Source: Terracidiphilus sp. (GTDB lineage: Bacteria; Acidobacteriota; Terriglobia; Terriglobales; Acidobacteriaceae). Taken from it: a stretch of 64,000 nucleotides of DNA. Made by a program: the position numbers and the translations under genes. Positions 8,872-18,479 of this stretch are shown here, piece by piece. A model generated the notes under the pieces. The model was not told the DNA's origin. It did not search any database and saw nothing but the letters and a program-made list of their open reading frames with translations. Where the stretch lies: positions 20,283 to 84,282 of the forward strand of contig DATGFX010000086.1 of the NCBI GenBank assembly GCA_035308825.1, written 5' to 3'. How positions within the stretch are numbered: position 1 is the first letter of the stretch; every line of letters starts with the position of its first letter.

Positions 8872-10497
8872 ATGATGCGAACCCCCAAACAGCGGGTCCT
8901 TCTCGCCTTATGCGCTATTGCAGTGGGGATGGCGGTCGGCGGCTTTGGCGGCAACTGGCTTGGGGTGGCCATTGTGGTCAGGCAGTCCGAGACCCGGCTA
9001 GACCAATATGCGTCGCGGATCGTGCAGTCAGGTCAAACGTCGACCGAGGAATCGCGCAAGGTTTTGGCGCAGTTGAATTCCTCACCGTTCCCCTTCTGTT
9101 CCGAAGCTGAAATCGCTTACTTCCGGGAGCTGGTTTTTCGGTCGCAGTACCTGAAAGAAGCAGGCAGAGTGAGTGATGGGGTACTGGCCTGTTCGACGAC
9201 GCTGGGCCGGAACCAACTCTCCACAGCTCCGCTGCGTCCCGATTTCACTCAGAAAGATGGGACGCTCATCTACCGGAATTTGCCGGCATTCCGGGTGGGC
9301 GATGAAGACGTGATTACCGTGCAGCTCGGTGATTCCTACATCGTCTACGACCCGTTTGCGGCGAAGGCCCTGGTCTCTCCGTTCATGCACTACACCATCA
9401 CGGACCTCGATGCTCCCACGCACCAGATGGGCAGGCTGGTGGGTGAAACGCCGGATCTGGATGAGGGAATGCTGGTTTCAGAAGGCATGGCGCGGACACA
9501 GTCCACGATTTATGCCACTCGATGCTCCAGCGACGGCATTGTCTGCACCACGGCATATATGTCGATCGCCGAAGCAACGCGAGCCAACCGGATCGAGCTG
9601 AGGGGATTTGTCATTCTGAGCGGCGTTACAGGCGCATTCCTCGGCTTCTTCTGCTTCATCGTGCATCGCCGCAAGAAGGGCCTGCACAATCAACTTCTCA
9701 AGGCCATCCGGCGTGACCAGCTGGCGGTGGTGTATCAGCCCATCGTGGATTTGGCCACCGGACGCATTGTAGAAGCCGAGGCGCTTGCCCGATGGACTGA
9801 CGAAGACCGTCTCGCAGTCGCTCCCGACGTGTTCATCAAGATTGCAGAAGAAAATGGTTTCGTCGGATCGATTACAAGACTGGTCGTGAAGCGCACTCTG
9901 CGCGACTTCGGCAGCCAGATGCGCGAGCAGCGAGGCTTTCGTGTGAACGTGAACATTGCGGCCGCCGATCTCGCTGATCCGCATTTTCTTCCCATGCTCG
10001 AAGAGCTGCTGGATCAGGCAAAGGTTTCTCCAGCAAGCCTGGGAATCGAAATCACCGAGAGCTATACGGCGCGCCAGCAAGCGGCGAAGGACACGATCTT
10101 TCGACTGCGCCAGCGCGGCCATGTAGTGCATATCGACGATTTTGGGACGGGCTACTCGAGCCTGGCCTACTTGCACGATCTCGCTGTCGACGCGATCAAG
10201 ATCGACAAAGCGTTCACGCGGGCGATCGGGACGGATGCGGTGACGGTGTCGATTCTTCCGCAGATATTGAATATGGCGGAAGCGCTGAAGCTGCGCGTGA
10301 TCGTGGAAGGCATCGAAACGCCCGAGCAGGCCGCTTACTTTGCAGCTGCCAGCCAAACGATCTATGCGCAAGGGTGGCTCTTCGGACGTCCCGTGCAGGC
10401 TGAGGAGTTGCGCCGCCGGCTGAATGCGATGGAATCGAGCCTCGGAACGCGCGAGCGGGCCGTGGAACCGGACTCTACCCCTGTGCTGGCGGGCTAA
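8872..10497 (+). CDS. CSS-motif EAL-domain c-di-GMP phosphodiesterase
   Basis: TM1, periplasmic domain with C76 (FCSEAEI) and C107 (ACST), TM2, EAL domain (YQPIVDL, EAEALARW, EITES, DDFGTGYSS, KIDK, EGIE, QGW). Confidence 0.92.
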   Translation: MMRTPKQRVLLALCAIAVGMAVGGFGGNWLGVAIVVRQSETRLDQYASRIVQSGQTSTEESRKVLAQLNSSPFPFCSEAEIAYFRELVFRSQYLKEAGRVSDGVLACSTTLGRNQLSTAPLRPDFTQKDGTLIYRNLPAFRVGDEDVITVQLGDSYIVYDPFAAKALVSPFMHYTITDLDAPTHQMGRLVGETPDLDEGMLVSEGMARTQSTIYATRCSSDGIVCTTAYMSIAEATRANRIELRGFVILSGVTGAFLGFFCFIVHRRKKGLHNQLLKAIRRDQLAVVYQPIVDLATGRIVEAEALARWTDEDRLAVAPDVFIKIAEENGFVGSITRLVVKRTLRDFGSQMREQRGFRVNVNIAAADLADPHFLPMLEELLDQAKVSPASLGIEITESYTARQQAAKDTIFRLRQRGHVVHIDDFGTGYSSLAYLHDLAVDAIKIDKAFTRAIGTDAVTVSILPQILNMAEALKLRVIVEGIETPEQAAYFAAASQTIYAQGWLFGRPVQAEELRRRLNAMESSLGTRERAVEPDSTPVLAG

Positions 10498-10567
10498 GAA
10501 TATCGGCCGCCAAAGCCCTCACGAATCGCATTTTGCGGACCGCCCTCCGACCAGTGACAATAGCAAA

Positions 10568-11914
10568 ATGAAATCACTGCGCCGCATGGTTTGTAGTGTC
10601 CTTGTCCTGCTTCTCCTGGTTACAGTGTCCAGCGCACTTGAAAAACAACCCACGAGCACGTATCACGGGCGCCGTGTTGCTCTGGCCGCGGAACTCAAGG
10701 GTGGCGTTGCGGTGCTGTTCGCGGCTGAGGAGCCGGTGCTTGATTTCATGCCGTATCGCCAGGATTCGGACTTCTACTACCTCACAGGCTGGAACGAACC
10801 GGGAGCAGCGCTGATGATTGTGGGCGCCTCCGACCAAACCGGCCACTCCCGCAATTACCGTGAAATCCTGTTCCTTCCCACGCGCAACCTGCGCACAGAG
10901 ACTTATACCGGGCCGAAAATGGACTCCAAAGCCGCCGGCGTGATCGAAGCCACCGGAGTGGACGCCGTGGAACAGATGACGGAGCTTCCTGCTGAACTGA
11001 ACAAGATGATCGCGTCTGATCGATCCATTGCGCAGAACGTGTGGACGCAGCCCGATGCGAAACAGGCCAAGGCTCTGGTCGATTTCAGTGCGGCGACATT
11101 GGGCATTGCGGCGTTGCCGGCGACCCACGATGTGACGGGTCTGATCATGCCATTGCGCGAAGTGAAGGATGCAGGCGAGATCGAGCTGCTGAAGAAGGCA
11201 AGCGCAGCGTCGGTTGCAGCGCAGCGCGCCATGATGCGGGTCGTGAAAGCGGGAATTACCGAGCGCACGATTGCCGGGAGAATGACCGAGCTCTGGTTTG
11301 AGCAGGGCTGCGAGCGGCCATCGTACGCTCCCATCGTGGGCAGCGGCGTCAATTCTACAACCTTGCATTACTCCGCCAATGCCGGCACTGTGCAGGATGG
11401 AGACGTGGTGCTCGTCGATGCCGCGTGCGAGTACTCGATGTACGCCTCCGACATCACGCGCACGGTTCCTGCGAACGGGCACTTCACTGCGCGGCAACGC
11501 GAGATCTATGACATTGTGCTTGGCGCTCAACAGGCGGCTATCGACGCCTTCGTCGCCGGCAAGTCGAAGATTAACGATTTCTATCACCGCGACTCGGACT
11601 CGCTCGATCTGGTTGCCTACAACTACATCAATACGCATGGAAAGGATCTGCACGGCGAGCCGCTGGGCAAGTATTGGCGCCATGGCCTGGGACATATGGT
11701 GGGGATCGACGTGCACGATCCGGCGCAGTATCCGGCGGTGCTCAGGCCGGGAATGGTCTTTACCATCGAGCCGGGTGTCTACATCCCGGAAGAAAAGCTT
11801 GGAGTTCGTATTGAGTGCGACTTTCTGGTGGGAGCTGACGGCAAGCTGATCGATCTCGATGCCGATCTGCCGCACACTGCCGAGGAAGTGGAAGCAGCGA
11901 TGAAGAGACGGTGA
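10568..11914 (+). CDS. Secreted Xaa-Pro aminopeptidase (M24B)
   Basis: Start at ATG 10568 gives a signal peptide (MKSLRRMVCSVLVLLLLVTVSSA); AMP_N (YRQDSDFYYLTG) and metal ligands DAAC..Y.SDITRT, HGLGH.VG.DVHD, TIEPG, RIE. Confidence 0.92.
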   Translation: MKSLRRMVCSVLVLLLLVTVSSALEKQPTSTYHGRRVALAAELKGGVAVLFAAEEPVLDFMPYRQDSDFYYLTGWNEPGAALMIVGASDQTGHSRNYREILFLPTRNLRTETYTGPKMDSKAAGVIEATGVDAVEQMTELPAELNKMIASDRSIAQNVWTQPDAKQAKALVDFSAATLGIAALPATHDVTGLIMPLREVKDAGEIELLKKASAASVAAQRAMMRVVKAGITERTIAGRMTELWFEQGCERPSYAPIVGSGVNSTTLHYSANAGTVQDGDVVLVDAACEYSMYASDITRTVPANGHFTARQREIYDIVLGAQQAAIDAFVAGKSKINDFYHRDSDSLDLVAYNYINTHGKDLHGEPLGKYWRHGLGHMVGIDVHDPAQYPAVLRPGMVFTIEPGVYIPEEKLGVRIECDFLVGADGKLIDLDADLPHTAEEVEAAMKRR

Positions 11915-12008
11915 TCAGTGTTCCGTGGTCAGTCCAAGGGAAGGGTTTCGGAATTGGACACGGCCAAAAATGGCCATTCGATACAATCGGAAATTTCGCG
12001 TCACTGAG

Positions 12009-12383
12009 ATGAACACTCACGATGAATCCGCTCCGGATCAACTTGAAGCCTTGAGCCGGGTCTTCTCCGATCAGCTCATTGCATGCCTCGAAGAATGCGC
12101 AAGGGGGCGCCGGGGACTGTTTTCTGACGTGGAACTGACCACGGATGAAGAGCGCCATCGTGCATGGCCTGAGGCGGCGCGGTTGCGCGAACTGGCGGTT
12201 GCGATTCAGTCCATCCTGAGCCAGGCCGGAGAGCGCAACGCCCTCTGCGACGAGTTCCTCGATCTGTGCTCCATGCATGGCGAGCACCATCCGGGTGAAC
12301 AGCGCCTGGCGCGCACATTTCTTGCTCGTATCGAGCGAGGCCAGGTGGGCACACCGACAGAGCCGGAGAAGAAGCCGTGGTGA
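12009..12383 (+). CDS. Hypothetical protein
   Basis: Helical ORF with coding-like codon use; ATG 12009 preferred; stop overlaps the next start (TGATG). Confidence 0.65.
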   Translation: MNTHDESAPDQLEALSRVFSDQLIACLEECARGRRGLFSDVELTTDEERHRAWPEAARLRELAVAIQSILSQAGERNALCDEFLDLCSMHGEHHPGEQRLARTFLARIERGQVGTPTEPEKKPW

Positions 12384-12766
12384 TGCTGCATGCATTTGTC
12401 GCGCTGGCTTCGGGCTTCGCTGCATTGATGACCCTGGTTCTGGGCTTGCGCGGGATTTTCCAGCTTCTGACGCCCAGCCTCGTGGAGCTGCAGGCACAGC
12501 CAGGATTTGGCTATACGTTAGTGAACCTGGGCTCGTCGTTTCTATCTGCAGCGGTGGGCGGATATGTGACGGCCTGGATCGGTTCGGCGAATCCGCTCAT
12601 CTATGTGCTGGCTCTGGCGATCATCATCCTCGCGCTCGCCGCGCTGAGCGCGCTGCAGGGTCGAGGCAAGCAGCCGATCTGGTATCAGCTCGCACAGGTA
12701 GCCGTCTCGCCGATCGGCGTTTTCGCCGGCGGATTGGTGAGGCTGCGCACGTTGGGAGTTTTTTGA
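12377..12766 (+). CDS. Small integral membrane protein (about 4 TM)
   Basis: Four hydrophobic segments; translationally coupled to the upstream ORF (alternative start ATG 12383). Confidence 0.7.
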   Translation: MVMLHAFVALASGFAALMTLVLGLRGIFQLLTPSLVELQAQPGFGYTLVNLGSSFLSAAVGGYVTAWIGSANPLIYVLALAIIILALAALSALQGRGKQPIWYQLAQVAVSPIGVFAGGLVRLRTLGVF

Positions 12767-12780
12767 TACGTGGATGCGAT

Positions 12781-12821
12781 GACGCGGCACTCGCAACTAA
12801 CGGATCGCAAGTGCCGGCGTC
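12781..12821. terminator. Hairpin between convergent genes
   Basis: GACGC-GGCAC ... GTGCC(G)GCGTC imperfect inverted repeat between the stops at 12766 and 12837. Confidence 0.4.
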
Positions 12822-12836
12822 ATGTCTGGGGAGGGA

Positions 12837-13724
12837 TTACCAGCGGATGCCGAGCGTGATAGGAAGAACCTTGGTATCGGCAGCCACCGTGGTGACACCG
12901 AGCCCATTAGGTGAACTGCTCAAAGCGGGGGAGAGTACATCGAGGTAGCGGACTTCGGCGAAGAGCTTCATCTTGCTATCGCCGTACATTCCGCCCATGC
13001 GGTGCATGTATCCGCCGCCAATATTGAATCCGCCCTGGTTACTCGAGAAGTGGCCAACGGTTTGTGGCTCATATCCGACTCCGCAGTAGAAGTAGGTACA
13101 GAATTGGGTCGGCGCGAGCACAGTAAAACTGGTGACCTTGCGATAAAAACCGCCTCCTCCCACGATGTAGAGGTCGTTTGTGCTCTTTGGAAAAAGGTCC
13201 ACGGTTGGATCGACGGTGAAGGACCAGATATGAGCGTGTCCTCCGCTGGCGCCTGCCTCGGCAATGATGGCGCCGGGGATTTTATCGTCAATAAATTGAT
13301 ATTCCAGCATCGCACTCAACATCTGGTTGAATCGATATCCACCACCCACGGTCAGATTGCCGCCCCAGGTGATATAGGATTTGTCGCCGGCCGGGGCATT
13401 GACGCCGCCCCCGACTTCGTAGGTCAGGTGACTCCAGAGGCTGTGCGAATGGTATCCGCCGGTGCGGTTGTAGCCGCCATTCCGGTCTTGGCCGCCGCCT
13501 GGCGAAGCAGCTGCCGGCGCCGCCGGCAAGGCAGCCAGATCGGTGCCGTCATCGGCCAGCAGCTGGCTCGAACTGGAACTGGAGTCGCTTGAAGAAGCGC
13601 TTGGATCGTGCGATGAGTTGGGGGAGGGTACGAACTGGGCACTCGCAAGGGCGACTGAAAAGATCGCCAAAGCTGAAAGAACGCTCAGCTGCCGCACGAG
13701 CGGCAAGCTTTGAGATTTTGACAT
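12837..13724 (-). CDS. Outer membrane beta-barrel protein (OmpA-like 8-stranded barrel)
   Basis: ATG 13724 with GAGG; signal peptide, Ser-rich linker, alternating beta strands (WGGNLTVGGGYRF, GGFNIGGGY, LFAEVRY), terminal aromatic (LGIRW). Confidence 0.8.
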   Translation of the reverse strand: MSKSQSLPLVRQLSVLSALAIFSVALASAQFVPSPNSSHDPSASSSDSSSSSSQLLADDGTDLAALPAAPAAASPGGGQDRNGGYNRTGGYHSHSLWSHLTYEVGGGVNAPAGDKSYITWGGNLTVGGGYRFNQMLSAMLEYQFIDDKIPGAIIAEAGASGGHAHIWSFTVDPTVDLFPKSTNDLYIVGGGGFYRKVTSFTVLAPTQFCTYFYCGVGYEPQTVGHFSSNQGGFNIGGGYMHRMGGMYGDSKMKLFAEVRYLDVLSPALSSSPNGLGVTTVAADTKVLPITLGIRW

Positions 13725-13859
13725 GCTGTGACCTCGTGGTTCGGTGGATTCGGCATTCACTCTTGCCGAGATGACATTTAAGAACTTGGACCCACTTGCA
13801 AACTATTGGGTTAGACACCAAAACGGTCCAGAAGTTGCTTAAGCCGCCGACGAAACGGC

Positions 13860-13887
13860 AACGGCCGGAACTCGATCTCCGGCCGTT
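13860..13887 (-). terminator. Terminator hairpin after rne/rng
   Basis: Perfect 10-bp stem AACGGCCGGA/TCCGGCCGTT with 8-nt loop 22 nt past the stop. Confidence 0.6.
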
Positions 13888-13909
13888 TGCTCCCCCTGAA
13901 TTCCGAGAC

Positions 13910-16810
13910 TCAGCCCTGAATGTCGAATTGCTCCGGGTGAAGTGCAGGGTCGCTCTTTACGAGGATGTTCTTGCCCACCAGTTCCTCGAATTCGGTTAGC
14001 CAGCGCGCGTTGTTTGCCTTGAGCACCTTGACGGTTTCAGGATTGACGCGCAGCAGCACATCCGCATTTTCAAAATGCCGCCGCATCTTGCGCAGCTCGA
14101 CGAAAATCTCGTTGCAAACCGTAGCCGGACTCTTCACCATGCCAGTCGCCTGGCAGGTTGGACAGGGAATGCTGAGGGTGCGCTCGAGTGACTGCTTGAC
14201 TCTCTTGCGGGTGATTGCCACGAGGCCGAAGTCATTGAACTGGAGCACCTTGGTTGGGGCGCGATCGCTCTTGAGAGCCTCTTCGAGAGCGGCCATGACT
14301 TTGAAGCGATTCTTGCGCTCGTCCATATCAATGAAGTCAATGATGATGATGCCGCCGAGATCTCGCAGGCGGATCTGGCGCACGATCTCCGGAATCGCAT
14401 CGAGGTTGGTCTTCACGATGGTGTCTTCAAGGCGGGCCGTTTTGCCAACGTATTTGCCGGTGTTGATGTCGATGGCAACGAGCGCCTCGGTCTGATTGAT
14501 TACGATCGATCCGCCGCTCTTGAGCCAGACTTTGGAGCGCAGCGCCTTCGAGATTTCGTCCTGAATACCGAAGTGCTCGAAGAGAGGAGTCTCCTTGGTG
14601 TAGAGCTTTACGCGGCGCACCAACGAAGGCGAGAAGCGGTTGAGGAAGCGCACGATCCGCTCGTAGTCCGCCTCGGAATCAACCCAGATTGATGAGAAGT
14701 TCGCGCTGACCTGGTCGCGCAGGATGCGCTCGATCAGGGAAAGGTCGTGATAGATGAGCGCGGGCGATTTCGAATTGTCGGAACGCTGCTTGATCTCGTT
14801 CCAAAGGTGGATCAAAAAGCGCAAATCGGCGCGGAGCTCGTCTTCCGATGCGCCTTCGGCTGCGGTGCGGACAATGAATCCCCCGGAGGCTTCGCCGCGT
14901 TCATGAATCAGAACGCGCTTAAGGCGCTGCCGCTCCTCATCCGAGGCGATTTTGCGGCTCACGCCTACGTGGCTGACCGTGGGCATGAAAACCAGGAAGC
15001 GGCCGGGCAGCGCGATGTGGCTCGTGATGCGCGCGCCCTTCTTGGCGATCGGCTCCTTGGCAATCTGCACCAGGATTTCCTGTCCCGGTTTGAGGAGATC
15101 GCTGATGATCGGCAGGTCCGATGTCTGTGCCGAGCGGCGCGACTGACCGCGACGATCACCGGGGCGCGCACCACGTCCGCGACGGCCGCGTCCGCGATCG
15201 CGATCCCGCTCCCGTTGGGGCCGGGCGGGCGATACACCTGCGGCCGGTGGCCCAGCAGCAACTGCGTCCTGTTCTTCGTCCTCTTCTTCCTCTTCGGTTT
15301 CGGCCTCTTCTTCAGTACCCTTCTCGTCGAAATCCAACTGGATGCGGTGGTCAAGATGAGCTTCCTGCAGCATTTCGCCCAGTGCCCCTGAGCGAATCTG
15401 CGTTTGCAGAGTCTCTTCCTCGTACTCGTCTAGATCGTGTTCGTCGGCTTTGTGATGATGGGCGTGGTGCGGAGTATCGAACTCCTCGCCTTCGATGACC
15501 TCCTCTTCGACCAGGCCGCTACCTGGTGAAAAGGACGACGCCGGAGCCGCAACCGGCGCCTCTGTTTCGCCAGTCTCGATCTGGTGTTCCTGCTCTCCGG
15601 GTTTCTTCTTCTTTCCCCCGATGCCGAAGAATCGAAAACCGCTGGGAGGCAAGGGATCGATGTGGTGGGATGCCTCGCGGTCCTCCTCGATTAGCTCGGT
15701 CGCCTCTTCTGCTCCTTCTTCTGTTTCGGCAGCAGGGTCGGGTTGCCACAACGGTTCCGGGGTCTCCGCAGGCGGCAGTTCGAGCTCCTCGGTAACGACT
15801 TCGTAGCCGTGGTCTTCGGGATGCGCAGCGACGACTTCAGGCTGGTCGTCCCATTTGTCCATTTCTTCGACCAGTTCTTCTTCTTCGATCAGGTCAGCAG
15901 CTTCCCGCGAATCCTGGGGTGCGGGCGCTCGTTCCTCGGTGATCTCATCTTCGCGCGTGCGGCGCCGCGAAATGGATTCACCCGGCAGGAGCCCACTGCC
16001 ATCCCACTTGATTGGCGATTCAATCAAGGTCGAAGGCTTCGATGTGACGTGCGGCTTGGCGGGGACCGAGGTGGCGGGTTTGGACTCAGTCTCGGCCGGC
16101 GTGCCCCCGTAACGCGCCAGCGACTCGCCAGGCAGGACAAACGACGCGGAAGCGCGTTCACTGCGAGATGCTGGAGGAGCCATCGCCTCTGTTTCCTGGG
16201 GCCGAACCTCCTCGATTTCCTTCGTCCCCGAGGCGTCTTCTGGTTCTTCGGACGGTGAAGACGTGTGCGAAGCAGGCTCATTCCCGCGGCCGCCGCGCCG
16301 GCGCCGCCGGCCCCGCCAGCGCTTTGCTCCCTGGCCCTCGGCGTGTCCGTATCCGATCTGCTGGTCTTCCGGTTCGCCTGCGGAGAGGGTTGACTCCGAT
16401 TCCTCCGTTGTACTGAGCGGAGCAGTTCCCGACTCGGGATGACGCTCTTGTGTTTCCTGATGCTCGTGACGATGGCCGGACTTCTGTCCATTCCGGTCGC
16501 CGCCGTGGCGCACCTCGCGAGGGGGCTGGTTCGGGTGGCTGATCGCAGCCTTTTCCAGTTCGTCGGATTCTTCCTGATCTTCCAATTCCAGGAAGTCAGT
16601 GACATAGAGGAATGCGTCGCGTTCCAGGCCAATGTCGACAAATGCCGATTGCATGCCGGGGAGGACGCGGGTTACGCGACCGTTGTAGATTGAACCGGCG
16701 AGGGTGTATTCATTTTCGCGTTCGTAATAGATTTCCGCGAGTTGATCGTCTTCTAAAATCGCAAGCCGCGTCTCATGCGGCGTGCTTGAAATGCAAATTT
16801 CCTTTGCCAT
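13910..16810 (-). CDS. Rne/Rng family ribonuclease with a ~490-aa insertion in the S1 domain
   Basis: Start ATG 16810 (MAKEICISS); GSIYNGRVTRVLPGMQSAFVDIG, VQIAKEPIAKKGARIT, LRSKVWLKSGGSIVINQTEALVAIDINTG, RQIRLRDLGGIIIIDFIDM, CPTCQATG Zn-link; follows rodA. Confidence 0.95.
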   Translation of the reverse strand: MAKEICISSTPHETRLAILEDDQLAEIYYERENEYTLAGSIYNGRVTRVLPGMQSAFVDIGLERDAFLYVTDFLELEDQEESDELEKAAISHPNQPPREVRHGGDRNGQKSGHRHEHQETQERHPESGTAPLSTTEESESTLSAGEPEDQQIGYGHAEGQGAKRWRGRRRRRGGRGNEPASHTSSPSEEPEDASGTKEIEEVRPQETEAMAPPASRSERASASFVLPGESLARYGGTPAETESKPATSVPAKPHVTSKPSTLIESPIKWDGSGLLPGESISRRRTREDEITEERAPAPQDSREAADLIEEEELVEEMDKWDDQPEVVAAHPEDHGYEVVTEELELPPAETPEPLWQPDPAAETEEGAEEATELIEEDREASHHIDPLPPSGFRFFGIGGKKKKPGEQEHQIETGETEAPVAAPASSFSPGSGLVEEEVIEGEEFDTPHHAHHHKADEHDLDEYEEETLQTQIRSGALGEMLQEAHLDHRIQLDFDEKGTEEEAETEEEEEDEEQDAVAAGPPAAGVSPARPQRERDRDRGRGRRGRGARPGDRRGQSRRSAQTSDLPIISDLLKPGQEILVQIAKEPIAKKGARITSHIALPGRFLVFMPTVSHVGVSRKIASDEERQRLKRVLIHERGEASGGFIVRTAAEGASEDELRADLRFLIHLWNEIKQRSDNSKSPALIYHDLSLIERILRDQVSANFSSIWVDSEADYERIVRFLNRFSPSLVRRVKLYTKETPLFEHFGIQDEISKALRSKVWLKSGGSIVINQTEALVAIDINTGKYVGKTARLEDTIVKTNLDAIPEIVRQIRLRDLGGIIIIDFIDMDERKNRFKVMAALEEALKSDRAPTKVLQFNDFGLVAITRKRVKQSLERTLSIPCPTCQATGMVKSPATVCNEIFVELRKMRRHFENADVLLRVNPETVKVLKANNARWLTEFEELVGKNILVKSDPALHPEQFDIQG

Positions 16811-17369
16811 CGTACCTTTCCGCCCGGCGGCTGTGGCCAGCCGGGTCATGCGGCAAGGTCTGACGGAGAAGAGCGGAATCGGAAGGGATGGGAATCAGCG
16901 AAAGGAAGGTCCTGCGGGTTGCTCGCCTGATCGAAACCGCGGTGTCGGCCGACTCTTTTGGCGGCGTCCAGCGGGCTGTGTCCTGTACCTCAGACCGAAC
17001 AATCAAAACGAACTTTCTGTGAGGATGATCCATCTGCAGAGATGTTGTGGCCGACATTGCCAAACCGGTTGGCCGGGCCGTTTCCGGACAGCCCATTGCA
17101 CGACCGCGGCTCGTTTTCAGGCCGGGGTCGAATTCCCTCATGGCTACCACGAGGCTCATGCAATGTGCACGCTGCCAGCGGATTCCGCGACTCCGGTTAC
17201 CTGTTTCGGTAGCCGGGGTGAAGCGGTCTTCCCGTCTCTGCCTGCTCATGAACCCAATCCTGCCGAGCTCAACGATCCGTGGGGACCTGGCCGGCAAATT
17301 ACCTTTTAAATCGTCTCTTGCGGGCCGGACCCGCCGGGGAACGCAAGAGGTGAAACTTTCAATTTCTGT

Positions 17370-18479
17370 TTAGTTTACGAACCGGCGCATGCGAACATTC
17401 ATTGTCACGCCGAGCGCCAGGAAGGTAAACAACACCGAAGATCCACCGTAGCTCATCAGGGGTAAGGGGATTCCGGTAACCGGCATAAAGCCTATGACCA
17501 TGCCAACGTTGACCGCGATCTGGAAGGTCAACACAGCCACGAGGCCCATGATAATCAGGGACCCGGACAGGTCTGCGGCTGTTTGAGCGTTTTGAATCAA
17601 ACGCATCAATATAAGAAAGTATAGCAGCAGCACAAAAACCGCGCCGACAAAGCCGTGTTCCTCGCTAAACGCGGCAAAGATAAAGTCGGTATATGGGATG
17701 GGCAGGAAGTAGCCCTGGGTCTGGGTGCCTTTCTCGTTTCCTTTGCCCCAGATTCCGCCCGAGCCAACGGCAATCAGGGATTGTTTTACCTGGTAGCCTT
17801 TGCCGCGGGGATCGTTATCGGGGTTGATAAAGCTGGTGAGCCGGTCTTTTTGATACTGCTTGAGCAGCTTACCGCTGGACCATACACCGACGATCAGTGC
17901 CAAGCCGCACATGATCAGGATGGCGCCCTGTCGCAGGCTGATCCCGCCCAGGAACAGTCCGGCGATGAGAATGGGCGAGTAGGTGAGGGTTGTACCCATG
18001 TCGGGCTGTTTCAATACCAGCAGCATCGGAAGGCCAACCAGCGCGAAGGCTTTCAAGATTTCTTTCCAGGTGAGGTTGCGTCCACCGAGATTGGCGAAAT
18101 AGCGCGCCACCATCAGCATGAGGACCAGTTTCACGAATTCGGAAGGCTGGAACAGGATTGGACCGAGTTTGATCCAGCGCCGTCCGCCCAGCGCATTATG
18201 GCCAAGCGGCGTATAAATCGCTGCCAACGAAAGCAAGCCGAACCCATAGGCCCAGGGCGTCCAGTCGAGCACCCGGTGGTAGTCGATCCTGGAAAAAATG
18301 AACATAAGGACCATGCCGGCGCCGATGCAAATGAATTGTTTGGTCTCGAAATTGGCGAACCTGGTGTGCACCGTCGTGGAGCGAACTTCCATTAGCGAGA
18401 CGGCGCTCAAGGCTAGCAAGAGCCCGAGCAGGCCCCAGTCGAAATCGCGAAGACTCATGATGCGGGGCCCGGGGCTCAT
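17370..18479 (-). CDS. rodA: Rod shape-determining protein RodA (SEDS)
   Basis: GGRRWIKLG..FQPSEFVK, QPDMGT, YQ..QSLIAVGSGG..GKG, P.PYTDFIF, TGIPLPLMSYGGSS; ATGA overlap with mrdA. Confidence 0.97.
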   Translation of the reverse strand: MSPGPRIMSLRDFDWGLLGLLLALSAVSLMEVRSTTVHTRFANFETKQFICIGAGMVLMFIFSRIDYHRVLDWTPWAYGFGLLSLAAIYTPLGHNALGGRRWIKLGPILFQPSEFVKLVLMLMVARYFANLGGRNLTWKEILKAFALVGLPMLLVLKQPDMGTTLTYSPILIAGLFLGGISLRQGAILIMCGLALIVGVWSSGKLLKQYQKDRLTSFINPDNDPRGKGYQVKQSLIAVGSGGIWGKGNEKGTQTQGYFLPIPYTDFIFAAFSEEHGFVGAVFVLLLYFLILMRLIQNAQTAADLSGSLIIMGLVAVLTFQIAVNVGMVIGFMPVTGIPLPLMSYGGSSVLFTFLALGVTMNVRMRRFVN

